Below, piece by piece: positions 29,635-43,578 of a DNA stretch of 64,000 nucleotides. Under the pieces are notes generated by a model that did no database searches, was not told where the DNA came from, and saw only the letters and a program-made list of their open reading frames with translations. Origin of the DNA: Octopus vulgaris (lineage: Eukaryota); the NCBI GenBank assembly GCA_951406725.2, contig OX597833.1:6758001-6822000 (forward strand). Reading direction: 5' to 3'. How positions within the stretch are numbered: position 1 is the stretch's first letter; the number at the start of each line of letters is the position of its first letter. The position numbers and the translations under genes were made by a program.

Positions 29635-30049
29635 ATTTATATATATTCCCTATAAATAAGATATAGATTGCAATGCTGATTGAAATCAAAGTCATATTTC
29701 AACAGATGGAGATTGTGTTGTGGCGACTGGGGTGTGTATGGGGTGTGTATGGGGTGTGTATGGGGTGTGATGGAAGCATGTGGTGGCATAGAGAGGGGGG
29801 AGGGGATGTGAGGGAGTAGAGCATTTAGGAGTGTATTGGATGTAGTGGGGGTGGTTGTTAGCAGGGTGGGTTGTGTTTATATTGGGTAGTATTCAGACGC
29901 GGGGCGGTGGGGTAGGACCCTCATTAAAACGGTGTAGTCATGTTGAAAATATAAACCGGACAATCGCCAAAATTAATACTACGTCCTTAACCATATTAAC
30001 GAATCACCACCACCGCCGCCATTATTGTAGTTCACCCGTCGATACGATC

Positions 30050-30188
30050 TAAGTTCGAATTCCGCCGTGGTCGACTTTGCCCATTCATCCTCTCTGGGTC
30101 AATAAATTAAGTACCAGAGAAACACTAGTAATCGACTAGACCCCTCCTCCAAAATGGTTGCCCTTGTGATAAAATTTGAGACCATTAT
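30050..30188 (+). mobile_element. SINE family C, 5'-truncated
   Basis: gttcgaattccgccgtggtcgactttgcc..ataaattaagtaccag. Confidence 0.7.
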
Positions 30189-30474
30189 TATTACTACCAC
30201 TACTACAATCACTACCGCCATCACCACTACTTGTGAGATTAATTAAGGTTACCCACCAAGATCACATCCACCGGTGCCACCGCTACAAGTTGTAGAAACT
30301 AGCACTAACCACCGAGACCAGCATCACCAGCGCCACAAGTGCCACCAGCGTCACCCGCAATCACCTATATTATTGATTCTGTTATTATCATTTTTAATTC
30401 TTACACTAGATAATAACAGAGTCAATAATATCTTCGTAAATATTTTCTCCTGAATTATTTGATAACCTTTATTG

Positions 30475-30680
30475 GTTTATTTACGTCCCTGTAACTTGGC
30501 GGTCCGGCAAAACAGACCGATAGAATAAGTTCTAAGCTTATAAAGAATAAGTCCTGGGGGTCGATTTCTTCAACTAGAATATATATATATATATGCAATA
30601 GGCTTCTTTCAGTTTCCGTCTACCAAATCGACTAAAAAAGGCTTTGGTCTGCCCGTAGCTATAGTAGAAGACACTCGCCC
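30475..30680. mobile_element. Two family-A SINE fragments in opposite orientation
   Basis: 30475-30575 (+) tttacgtccctgtaact..gatagaataag; 30598-30680 (-) ggcttctttcagtttccgtctaccaaatc. Confidence 0.75.
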
Positions 30681-30801
30681 AAAATTTTGTATTTTAGAAG
30701 TTATATCGTGTTGAAGTTGTCGTATTTGGATGATTTTTAACCAATCAATGATGTGTATTCAGCCGAAGATAATTACTGCTGCGAACAATAATTTCCGGGT
30801 C

Positions 30802-30860
<59 letters not shown>

Positions 30861-31473
30861 ACACATACACACACACACCCACACACACACATACACTCAC
30901 ACATTAATAATAGCCAGAAGTTAGAGAGTGACAATGGTCAAATTCGTGTTTGATAAGTGCCAATGATGTATATACATATATGCCGATGATATATATACGT
31001 TCAACGAAAAGAATTCCAGGGATTCCGGGATGGTGGGGAGTCCCCCTTTTTTTCCGAAACAAAATAAGGGATTTGCAGCATATTAGGAGGTCAGGGTACT
31101 TGATTCCACGCAAAAAATCCAACCTTTTTTTTCTAAGTGAAAATCTTGCGGTTGTTAATATAGAAATTTACCATAATTTTGTTGTTATTTACCCCCGAAT
31201 ACAACAAACCTATCATCAAAGATATTCCAGCCTTCAGCAAAGCGTCTTTTTAGGGATAATCTAGGACATTATGTACAATGTGCATGTGATTTAGGTAGGG
31301 GTATATTTTGGCTGCTATTTTTAACTTGTCGAGCAACAAGGTAGAGTGTCTTCCATTGGTTCGATTGCGTGATGAGACCTTTTTTTACACATATATGTAT
31401 ATATATATATATATATATCATTGGCACCTATCAAACACGAATTTGGCCATTGTCAGTCTGTAACTTCTGCCTA

Positions 31474-31850
31474 GTGGTAAGTAGCTTAACACATGGTTCC
31501 GGTTTCAGTTGCACTACGTGGCACCTTGGGCAAGTGTCTTCTACTATAGCCTAGGGCCGACCAAAGCCTTGTGAGTGGATTTGGTAGACGGAAACTGAAA
31601 GAAGGCCGTCGTATATATGTATGTTTGTGTGCGCGTGTGTATTGTTTTATGTGTGTGTCTGTTCCCCCTCCATCGCTCGACAACCGATGCTGGTGTGTTT
31701 ACGTCCCCGTAACGTAGCGGTTCGGCAAAAGAGACCGATAGAATAAGTACTAGGCTTACAAAGAATAAGTTCTGGGTTCGATTTGTTCGACTAAATGCGG
31801 TGCTCCCGCATGGCCGCAGTCAAACGACTGAAACAAAAAAATAATAAAAG
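31474..31850 (+). mobile_element. Family-A SINE
   Basis: Collinear with 19691-20087. Confidence 0.9.
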
Positions 31851-31891
31851 AACACATATATATATATATACATACATACATACTTACATAC

Positions 31892-32006
<115 letters not shown>

Positions 32007-32239
32007 AACCCGGAAGTTGTACGCAAACTGCAGCAGTAATTTTCATCTTAATGCACGTCATTGATTGGTTAAAATTACCCAAATACAACAACTTTAACAT
32101 GAAATAACTTCTAAAATTCAAACTTTTGTTTAAAACATTAAGAGTAAACCCTGTTCTATATGATACATTATCCGAAGGTTCAAAGTGTTTAGTTTAAAAA
32201 AAATAATTTAAAAATCTGGCCGTCAAATTGAATAGACCC

Positions 32240-32665
32240 ATGGTGGCGTTGGTAGTGGTTATGGTTGTGGTGATTGTAGTGGTGGTGGTGGTGGTGGCGG
32301 TGGTAGCGATGATGGCGTTGGAGATGTTTGGGTGATGGTAGTGGTTGTGGTGGTGATGGCGGTGATGATGATAGTGGTGGTGGTAACGGTAGTGGTGATG
32401 GTGGTGGTTGTGTTGTCGGTGGTGGTTGTGGTGGTAGTGGTTGTGTTGTCGGTGGTGGTTGTGGTGGTAGTAGTTGTGGTGGTGATGGTGGTGATGGTGA
32501 TAGTGATGGTGGTAACGGTGGTGGTTGTGGTGGTAGTGGTTGTGTTGTCGGTGGTGGTTGTGGTGGTAGTAGTTGTGGTGGTGATGGTGGTGATGGTGAT
32601 AGTGATGGTGGTAACGGTGGTGGTGGTGGTGGTAGTGGTTGTGTTGTCGGTGGTGGTTGTGGTGG
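32240..32665. repeat. GGT-based minisatellite with higher-order (about 33 and 99 bp) repeats
   Basis: Recurring ggttgtgttgtcggtggtggttgtggtggtagt blocks. Confidence 0.85.
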
Positions 32666-32828
32666 CAGCAATGTTAGGTAAAGTGACTCAGCAAACAGTT
32701 TCTGTTCCATTAGGGCCGAGCCAGATATTTGGGGGTCTAGACAGGACCCAGTTCCTGTCAGAAACCTGAAACATATTGAGAAATGCGAATACATACGTCG
32801 TCGGTTTAGATTCCAGACATCCACCATT

Positions 32829-32859
<31 letters not shown>

Positions 32860-33525
32860 CAATATCATCATCACCATCAACACGAAAGCTACTACCAACT
32901 CTTCCTTTAACACCACAGACAGCACTAATGCCCATGCTACCACCACCGAGAACACCACCGCACCCACCGTTACCAACACCACCAAAAACAACATCACTAA
33001 CATTAGCGCCACTTCTACCACATCACCACCATCACGGGCACCACCACCACCACCACCATCACCACCACCACCACCACCCCAACCACCACTACCACTACTA
33101 CTACCACCACCACCACCACCCCAACCACCACCACCACCACTAGAGAGTGAGAAAGCGACTGGAAGAGAGGGAGAGACCGATAGACAGACAGACAGAGACA
33201 GAAAAGAAAAGAGTTATAGAAAGACAAAGAGAGAGGGAGAGAGAGAGATGGGGTGAGAGAGAGTTGAAGGGAAAGAGGGAAACAGAGAAGAAAAGAAAGA
33301 AGGAAAAAAGGAGAGTGAGAAAGAAAGGAAGGAAAAGAAGAGGAAGGAGTAAGGTGAAGAATAAGATAAATAAAGACAGCGGAATGACGTAACAGTATAT
33401 GAACAGTGTGTATATTGTGTATACACCTGTCATTTGCAATGGTAAACAGTGTATAGTATTAGCAGATATCGTTTATATTAACTACTTTATACATACATAC
33501 ATGTATATATATGTATATTATATTT

Positions 33526-33603
<78 letters not shown>

Positions 33604-33919
33604 ATATGTATGTATATATACGTACATACATACACGTAGGCTTGTATATGTGTGTGTTTGTTTGTGTGTGAGGGTGTAAGTGTATTATGTTTGCATGTAT
33701 GTGTGTATGTGTGTGCGTTCGTGTATGTTTGTGTATATACAGGAATGTATATTTTTCTGGCTTTATTTTACAACTTACAGTCGATTCGAAGAAAAAAGGC
33801 GGTCTGAAACTCAGGAAAAAGGATCTTTCATTGGAATATAGGATGGGTGGATGGATAAATGTATGTGTGTATATATATATATGTATATATGTAGATATAT
33901 GTATATATATGTGTGTATG

Positions 33920-33950
<31 letters not shown>

Positions 33951-33957
<7 letters not shown>

Positions 33958-34170
33958 TAATCCAAATAAGAGCAGAAAAAAAACACAAAAAAACACAACA
34001 ACGTGAGGACGTGGAACAAATAAAGTATTATTGGACGCTCAGGAAAGAAGGAAAAAAGGAGGATTTAACGTTTCGAGCGGAGCTCTTCGTCAGAAACATA
34101 GGAGAAGGAAAGATCCAGAGAAGGGAAGACAGAGGAAAAAAATCGCCAACGGTACACACGAGATCACATT

Positions 34171-34175
<5 letters not shown>
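33951..34175 (-). mobile_element. Family H1 hammerhead element (motif at 34063-34097, canonical core CUGACGA)
   Basis: Reverse complement: gttt CTGACGA A GAGC tcc GCTC GAAA CG TT aaat; TA tracts on both sides. Confidence 0.85.
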
Positions 34176-34243
<68 letters not shown>

Positions 34244-34495
34244 TGTTTGTCTATGTTCGTGTGTCTATGTATGTTTATTTATGCCTTAACCTTTTATTTT
34301 ATTCATTAGTATTATTCCGAAAAGAACGAAACTGGTTTTGAACAAAGAAGACAAAAACCTTGATTGCTGGAATTTACGTCAAAACAACAATACCGTGAAA
34401 TCAACGAGCAAAACGAGAAAGAAAAAAGGACGACACAAAAGGGACATGGTTTAATAAATATTGTATTAGTTTAAAGTTTAAAATTGAAGAAAAAA

Positions 34496-34531
34496 TTTCA
34501 ACGTTTCGGAAGTTAGTCATTCATCAGAAAA
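34496..34531 (-). ncRNA. Minimal hammerhead motif with weakened helix II
   Basis: Reverse complement: tttt CTGATGA atgactaacttcc GAAA CG TT gaaa. Confidence 0.5.
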
Positions 34532-35060
34532 TCTGGTGGGATTGCAAAGGAGTAATTCACTTTGAATTGTTACCACCTAATGCAACAATCAATGCTCAAG
34601 TCTACTGTCAGCAATTAGAGCGTTTCAACCAAGCTTTGAGAAAAAAAGATCCGCTTTAGTGAATCGAAAAGGAATGATGTTTCATCAGGACAATGCGTGA
34701 CCCCACACTGCAGAGATCATATCACAGAAGATCGAAGAGGTTGGTTGGGAAAAGATTCCTCACCCACCTTATCCTCCCGACTTTACTCCTTCAAACTACC
34801 CTTTGTTTCGTAGTTTATAGAATCATTTGGTGGACATAACTTTCGCAAGCCAGGAGGAGGTCGAAACTGACATTTCAGAGTTCTTCGCTTTGAAACCAAA
34901 AGAGTTTTACATTGATGGGTTTTAAAAACTTGCAAATAGATGGAAGAAAGTCATAGATAATCAGGGAAAGTACATTGATGATTAAATTTCAATTAGATAT
35001 AACATTTAATCACTTATTTTCTTTATTCAAAATTCGGACAGAGCTTATGGGATGACCTCA
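34531..35060 (+). mobile_element. Mariner transposase catalytic-domain remnant plus 3' TIR
   Basis: IWWDCKGVIHFELL..QVYCQQLE..FHQDNA*PH..WEKIPHPPYPPDFTPSNY.LFRSL..RWKKVIDNQGKY. Confidence 0.9.
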
Positions 35061-35232
35061 TATATATATATGTCAGTATGTACATATATGTATGTGTATA
35101 TACAGATATATATATATATATATGTATGTATGTATATATATATGTATGTATGTATATATGCATGCGTGTATTTTAAGCGTGTATGTGCATGAGCTTATAC
35201 GTGTATGACTACGTGTTGCCTATGTGCATTTA

Positions 35233-35285
<53 letters not shown>

Positions 35286-35405
35286 GCCTGTCTGTCTGTT
35301 TGTCTGTATGTTTCTCTGTCTGTCTGTCTGTGTGTATGTATGCATGCATATATGTGTGTGTGTATAGACAGATTCATATATGCGTGTATGTGTATAAACG
35401 CATCA

Positions 35406-35438
<33 letters not shown>

Positions 35439-36235
35439 TCAACACACACACATACACACTACCACAAACACATGTTATAATATATAAATATATACGCACA
35501 TGTATATATTATCGCTGTGCGTGTGTATGTATATCCGTAAACACACACGCATATATAATGTGTTGTTTAAATGAATCAGAGTTGCACGTGTGGCCAGCCG
35601 CCATCTTGTATGTACGTATGTTTTATATATTAGCTGTCTCATACTAAACATTGGTTAGTACCCCCACACACTACACACGTACTAACCGCCACCACCGCCA
35701 CCACCATCACCACAACCACCCTCATCCCTACCACCACTAGTACCACAACTACCACCACCAATACCACCACAAACACCAACAAAACTACCACTTAAATCAC
35801 TACCATTAGCTATACCATTTCCAACACCACCACAACCATCACATCGCCTGCACCACCATCACCACCATCATCATCATCTTCTTCATCATTATCACCGCCA
35901 CCATCATCTTCATCATCATCATCATCATCATCCTCTTCATAATCATCACCACCACAACCTCCAAAACCACAATTAGCTTCATCGGCTCCCATCATCACCA
36001 CTACCACCTCCACCAACCACCGCCACCACCGCCTCCACCAGCCACCAACCACCAACCACCACCACCACCACCACCACCACCACCACCACTGTCACTTAAA
36101 CCAGTTCCTGTTGGTGTTGTCTGTCCAAAGAACGGCAGGAAATCCTAGAGAATGGAACACCAAGAAATCCAGACTTAACAACCATTCCAGGTGGCGTTGT
36201 TTGTTGTTAGGATGGTGGTGGTGCTGTTGTTGTTG

Positions 36236-36267
<32 letters not shown>

Positions 36268-37320
36268 GGTTGTGGCGATTGGCGGTGGTGGTAATGTAGT
36301 AGAGGTGTTGTAGTGATGGCTAGTGTTGTTGTTGTTATTGCATGGTGGTGGTGGTGGTGTAGAAGTCCGAGTTGGCGGTGTTGTAGTTGGTGTTGTAGTC
36401 ATCGTAAAAAAGATGGTGGTGGTGGTGGTGTATGTGGTTGTGTCTTGTGGTGGTGGCAGCTGTTGCTGTTGTGGTAGTAGAAGAATTGGTTAAAACAGCC
36501 TGAGTAATAGTGATAGTGATGGTGGTGGTAGTGGTAGCAGTGGTGGTGGTAGCGGCGGCGGTGGCGGTAGTGGTAATTGGTGATATGGATATTGTTGTAG
36601 TAATTGTAAAGTAGGTGGCGTTGGTGGTTATGTCGTTGACTGGGGTTGGTACGGTGGTGGTGGTAGTGGTGATGGTGATGGTGGGGGTAGTAGCAGTAGT
36701 AGTGGTGTTTGATGGTGGAGGTGGTGGAGGTGGTTGGTGGCTGGTGGTTGGTGGTGGTGGTCATGGTCTTGTTTTTATGTTAACAGCTATTAACAAGAAT
36801 TACGACTCTTGTCAACTCAAGTAGTTTGACAAATGTTCCACCTCCTCCCCTTCCACTTCCCCCTCTTCCTCTTCCTCGTCTTCCTCTTCCTCCTCCTCCT
36901 CTTCCTCCGTCCCCGCTCCCCGCCATTACATTCCGCCGCATCGCTCCCACCCGTCCACCCCGTTTTATTACCATGTTCTTTAATGGATATTCAATTTGTA
37001 CAATGAATGGTTTCCGCATTTGTGACTGTTTGTGTGTATATATATATAGAAGTGTGTTTGTGAGTATGTGAGTGTTTATGTGTGCATATATATATGCGTG
37101 TATGTGTATCCGTCCTTGTGTCTGTGTGTGTGTGTATAGCTCTTGTTGGGTAACGATCCGGAGAGGGAGAACTCAATACAAAACATGAGTATATTAGTTT
37201 ATTTAACCCTATTCTGTTACTTGTTCTGGTGTTTCTACGACGAGCCTAGTCGAGCGTGTATGAATACATATATACATGCATGCATGCATGCATACATACA
37301 TACATACATACATACATACA

Positions 37321-37351
<31 letters not shown>

Positions 37352-37762
37352 GTGTCGGAGTGCATCCCTTGACTAAGTTTGCATACATGAGGTAGATAAC
37401 ATCAAAAGACTTGGAAGGCAGCTCCTTGAGCAACACTTTTTGTCTGATAACCTAGAATACATGGCCAAAGAAATTGCATGGTTTGAGAATTCAAAAGTTA
37501 AAACCCATCAAAGTAAAGGACCCTTCTTCTGAAGAGAGGGAAGGTGCTGGTGGTGGCTTTTAAAATGCTCCCCTTCACTGTATGTTGACGAAACGACTTG
37601 TAAAAAGCCAGAGGAAAGTCTTTGACAGCCACTTGAAGGATAGAGTTGCATAGGGAAGAACAAGGGTTATTCGGGAGATAAGATGAGTCACGTGAGAAAG
37701 GAATCCATTGCTTCCTTCAAACCTGGAGATTAATTCTTTCTCTAAAACATCAACGACCTTGA

Positions 37763-38140
37763 CTCATCATCATCATCATTGTTCGACTGTGGTCGAGACA
37801 ATGGAATTTACCATGCTACGCCAGACTTCATGGTCCATCATGGCATTACGGAGGTCCTGTTGCTGGATGCCTGTATCCCTGGAGATTATATCAGGGTAGG
37901 AGAGTGTGCGCCCTCTGGTATTGCGAGTAGATGGCTTCCAGAGGAGAAGAGTAGAAATTACTTCTTTTTCAGCTCTACAACAATGTCCAGCAAACTGGAT
38001 TCTCCTACCTTTCACAAGAGATGACACAGGCGGTAGTTTCCCATATATTTGCATTTTGGTTGGATGGCGCTTCCACGAGAGATTTTGAGCTCTCATAAGG
38101 AGGCGAGTGTAGGTTCCATCCAACCGCCTCTCAAGCTTGA
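37763..38140 (-). mobile_element. RTE-clade LINE 3' end, 5'-truncated, open frame to stop, (TGA)n tail
   Basis: KLERRLDGTYTRLLMRAQNLSW..RRIQFAGHCCR..LLLWKP..AMMDHEVWR..VEQ* followed by tgatgatgatga. Confidence 0.85.
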
Positions 38141-38543
38141 CTACTTTCCATGGTTCTTGATTGGCAGCAGGGAGAAGATCTCGCTACAAAAAATAGTCTC
38201 TGGAGCACATCATAAAAACGAGACGAAACATGTGAATATCTATGATCACCTATGATCAATCATAGGCCAACTTCCACCCATAAAGCAACAACAAAACTGA
38301 AAGACAAATAAAGGAGGTGCTCCAGCAAGGCCGCAGTTCTGCGAATGAAACCATTAAAAGAATAGAAAAATAAAATAAAAGAACAAAGGTGATCATGATG
38401 GAACTGACTGCAACAAGAGGAAGGCATGGAACTGAATTGTGAGATATTGTCAACTGATGTAGACGTGTTATACATACATATGTGGGGGGGGGGGGTATAT
38501 ATATGAATATATATGTATATATGAATATATCCCTGAATATATC

Positions 38544-38864
<321 letters not shown>

Positions 38865-39022
38865 ATATATATATATATATATATATAAAGTTCAGTAAAA
38901 ATTTAGATTCAGTCGTATATAGTACAACATGAGTATATGGAACCAGAATTTAGTATGGTATTATCCATATAATTCAAAATGGGGTGATTATAATCAAAAT
39001 AAGCAACAAGGATATCCAGAGG

Positions 39023-39096
<74 letters not shown>

Positions 39097-39098
<2 letters not shown>

Positions 39099-39222
39099 CG
39101 GGAAGGTTTACGAAAATAAACAAAAGGTGGAGTACAAACAAACAAATGTATTAGTATGGCGCTCAGGAATAGAAATAGAACAAGTCTTTTACGTTTCGAG
39201 CCTACGCTCTTCGACAGAAAGA
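39097..39222 (-). mobile_element. Family H2 element (motif at 39185-39222, core CUGUCGA)
   Basis: Reverse complement: tcttt CTGTCGA A GAGC gtag GCTC GAAA CG TA aaaga. Confidence 0.8.
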
Positions 39223-39337
39223 TATATATATATATACACGCGCGTATATATATATATATATAGTCAAGTACGAAACAAGGAAAACGAGGAAATTTGCTAG
39301 AGAAGGGAGAAAAATTAAAAATATATGAAGTTAGACA

Positions 39338-39371
<34 letters not shown>

Positions 39372-39585
39372 CTTTCTCTCTACTCATTTACATATTCTGT
39401 TCCAAAGCATTGATGTCATCCCCCTCGTGCCATCACGTGCACCGCATGCGGTCACGTGCCGGCGTGCAGTGCACGCAAAAGGATGCAAGTGTTCTTTGTC
39501 AAGAGTCATCTGCTTTTTGTCATTGATCGTGTATTTATATACCTGCATTATACATACATACACATGTATACATACATGTATATAC

Positions 39586-39634
<49 letters not shown>

Positions 39635-39639
39635 CATAT

Positions 39640-39700
<61 letters not shown>

Positions 39701-40289
39701 TATATATATATATAAAACTATGACTAAATGATGCATAAATTTCTACCTGTCGACACATGTCTTCAAAGTAAATAACAGCAACACTTATCACGTGGTTTAA
39801 TCACGTGCTTGTTCCTTCATCTTTAATTAATTGGTTATTTGTGTATCAGGTGTGTTGTATAGGTGTGAGGGTGTATAGGGGTAAACTATGCGATATAGGA
39901 GTAAGTGATGTTATAATGTTGACCTGTGCAATGGTGATGGGGGCGGAAGCTTGTTGAGTGCCTGGATACTCGCATGCACCAATACATGGACATGTATATA
40001 CACACACACACACACACATATATTGATAGAAAGAAAGATACATGGATAGATGCACATATATATACATGCATATGAATGTGCGTATATATATATATATATA
40101 TATATATAGATATATATACAGAGAGAGACAGACAGACAGACAGAGACAGAGAGAGACAGAGACAGAGTCAGACAGACAGACAGACAGACATACAGATAGA
40201 TAGATAGATAGCTAGATTGATTGATAGATAGACAAAGAGATAGATAGATAGATAGATAGATAGCTAGATTGATTGATAGATAGACAAAG

Positions 40290-40348
<59 letters not shown>

Positions 40349-40410
40349 TCGTAGCGTATTTCAATAATGTGTGTATGGCCCTATAAAAGATAACTACGGC
40401 TATATATATC

Positions 40411-40478
<68 letters not shown>

Positions 40479-40509
40479 TGTATGTATGTATGTATGTATG
40501 TATGTATAT

Positions 40510-40782
40510 AAGGTCACTAGTTCGATTCCAGCCGGCGTGTTGTGTCCTTGAGCAAGACACTTTATTTCACGTTGCTCGAGTCCACTCAGCTGGCAAAAAT
40601 GAGTTGTATCTGTATTTCAAAGGGCCATCCTTGCCACATTCTTGGTCACTCTGAATTTCCCCGAGAACTACGTTATGGGTAGACATATCTGTGGAGTGCT
40701 CAGCCACTTGCACGTTAGTTTCACGAACTGGCCGTTCCGTTGCTCGGATCAACTGGAACCCTCGTCATCCTAAGCGACGGTG
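40510..40782 (+). mobile_element. SINE family B, head truncated
   Basis: gttcgattcc B box, ttgagcaagacactttatttcacgttgctc core, tail shared with 59317-59690. Confidence 0.85.
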
Positions 40783-40853
40783 GGCCAGTTATATAAGTTT
40801 CATAAGTGCAAATGTACGAAATTCTCGTCCTTTCAGTCACTATGTTATTCTAC

Positions 40854-40921
<68 letters not shown>

Positions 40922-41233
40922 AAATAAGCAACAGGATATCTAGAGGTAATGCAGTACAATCGTTTCATGCAACTCCATTTAATTGAACAATGCATCCATT
41001 ACATCAATTTAAATTATTATTGTATTATAAACATAAATATATATATAAATATACGTAAATATGTATAAGTATAAATATACAATAAACTTATTTTTAAACT
41101 GTCATATTTATTATATATTTATACATATTTACATATATTTATATATAATATTTTTAATACAATAATTATTCTACACATTTTATCTTTCTGAAGAAGTTTC
41201 TGATATCATTAACAACATATATATATATATATA

Positions 41234-41694
41234 TATAAAATATTATTAGAGACAAAACCACTATTTTGCAAAACAAACAAGGAAAGACTTAATCAATACA
41301 TAAAATTTTAATAAATAGTCAAAGAAACCGCCACTACAATTGTTTCTTGTCTTATATTTTATATTTTATATTTTATATTTTATATTTAATTGTTGATAGG
41401 TTTATTTTAGTTTATATATTGTTTATATATTGATTATATATGGATTATATATAGGTTATATATGGATTATATATTTATATTTTTTCATTCATACTTTAAT
41501 TATTTTAAAATTATTATTTTTATATTTTAAAATATTGATATTTTAGATTGAAGTCCACCTGAAGATTGTCGATCAAGACAAGAAACAATTGTAGTGGCGT
41601 TTTTTTTTACTATTTATTAAAATTTTATGTATTGATTAAGTCTTTCCTTGTTTGTTTTGCAAAATAGTGGTTTTGTCTCTAATAATATTTTATA
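41234..41694. repeat. Inverted repeat (about 120-bp arms) overlapping a hammerhead
   Basis: 41234-41353 is the reverse complement of 41575-41694; AT-rich spacer. Confidence 0.9.
41555..41597 (+). ncRNA. Canonical minimal type-I hammerhead ribozyme motif
   Basis: CCAC CTGAAGA TTGTC gatcaa GACAA GAAA CAATTG TA GTGG; helices I and II pair perfectly, helix III is the palindrome ACAATTGT, predicted cut after A41593. Confidence 0.8.
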
Positions 41695-41772
41695 ATATTT
41701 TACTATAAAATTGGATTTAATCCTAAATCTGATTTTTTCCCTGTAAATTTGGATTTATTCCCTAATATTTAT

Positions 41773-41837
<65 letters not shown>

Positions 41838-42340
41838 CAGACTGACAGAGACAGAGATTGCATACATAAATATATAACAGCTAAATATACTTCAAAAACC
41901 TTTCCATGCAAATTCCTTGAAAAACCACATTAAACATAGTTGAAACGTAGTCAGGTCTTGGAATATATATCAGAGACTAATATCAATATTCCTGCAAAGA
42001 ATTCGGTAAATTAAGAAAACCAGTTTGAAATACAAACAGGAAAATCAACGGAAGTTAACCCCATAAAATTCCTTATCACCAGTTATTATCTCCCATATAA
42101 TGGGAAGTCCAGCACAATTGAACTATTCATAACTTTGCAGATATCTGATCAATATTCGTGGCACAGCTGCCAATCACAAGAAATTTGCGTATTTGAATAT
42201 ACTAAATCCTTGAAGCAGGAATACAGGCTTCTTTGTCTTATATATACATATATATATATACATACATACATATATATATATATACATACATACATACGTA
42301 CACACATACATACATACATACATATATATATATACATACG

Positions 42341-42400
<60 letters not shown>

Positions 42401-42517
42401 ATATTTATATATATGTATTTATCTATGTATGTATGTATATATACGTACATACATGTATGTATGTATATATATATATGTTTCAATTATTAATTTATTATAT
42501 GACGGAACGTAAGATTG

Positions 42518-42566
<49 letters not shown>

Positions 42567-42781
42567 TTATCTATGTATATATATATATGTGTGTGTGTGT
42601 ATATATATATATGTATATATATGTATATATATATATGTATATATATATATATGTATACATATATATATATGTGTGTGTGTGTGCGTGTGTATGTGTATGC
42701 ATATATGTACGTGTGTGTGTATATATATTATGTATATATATACATACATGTATCTATATATACATATAGATATGTGCGTAC

Positions 42782-42819
<38 letters not shown>

Positions 42820-42873
42820 TGGTCTTTGTTCGTTTATTTAGCTTTGTTTTGAGAACTTTTTGTGCGTGTGCGC

Positions 42874-42936
<63 letters not shown>

Positions 42937-43281
42937 GGAATATGTTTCCGCTTAATTAATCTGAGATTAACTTCCATTCTCAACCGTCTTATCCCTATAC
43001 CTCACCCCGTTATACGTTCTACCATGGGATATTAATGGTAATCATACACCACATTGGAATATAGTCTTCAGAATAAACAAAGAATTGCAGTGGAGGCTAA
43101 ATAAAGGAGGCACTCGACCCTTCTCAGAGCTGGTTCTGACCCCGAACCAGTAAACGTAGACAAATACAACATGGCCGCCGAGGATTGCGCGACATGTCTC
43201 GTTATTATTTAGATTATTAATATCATGGGAATAATCCACGTGTGTCCTTGAATGTGGTATCAGTGTATGCATGAAATAACA

Positions 43282-43373
43282 GGCGTATGGCGTAGTGGTT
43301 AAGAGCGCGGGTCACTAACCCCAAGATTCCGAGTTCGATTCCAGGCAGTGAACGAATAATAATAATAATAATA

Positions 43374-43414
<41 letters not shown>

Positions 43415-43578
43415 AATAATAATAACATCGAAAAATACCTTAGGAGCGAGAACCCAGGTTCGAAATTTCCTCAAGACACCTGATGAAGGCTGGAGGGTAT
43501 ACCAGCTGAAACGTTGTGTTAACAACAAACAAGATGAGGACAAATATCCGTCGAATGTAAATAATGTAAATAATGTAT
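43282..43578 (+). mobile_element. tRNA-headed SINE-like element carrying a hammerhead
   Basis: A box tggcgtagtgg, B box gagttcgattcc, (AAT/GAT)n spacer, hammerhead, (AATGTAAAT)n tail. Confidence 0.7.
43475..43520 (+). ncRNA. Minimal type-I hammerhead ribozyme motif
   Basis: GACAC CTGATGA A GGCTGG agggtata CCAGCT GAAA CG TT GTGTT. Confidence 0.75.

Noticed and set aside
32189-32935. Extensin-like proline-rich ORF
   Set aside because: Derived from the GGT minisatellite; no splice or homology support
35590-35612. YY1-like ccgccatctt (similar motifs at 25130 and 43170)
   Set aside because: Isolated short motifs expected by chance in 64 kb
40945-41010. Minus-strand GAAA CGATTG TA with atgca/tgcat stem
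   Set aside because: The CUGANGA core is unrecognisable; probably a decayed hammerhead but unsupported
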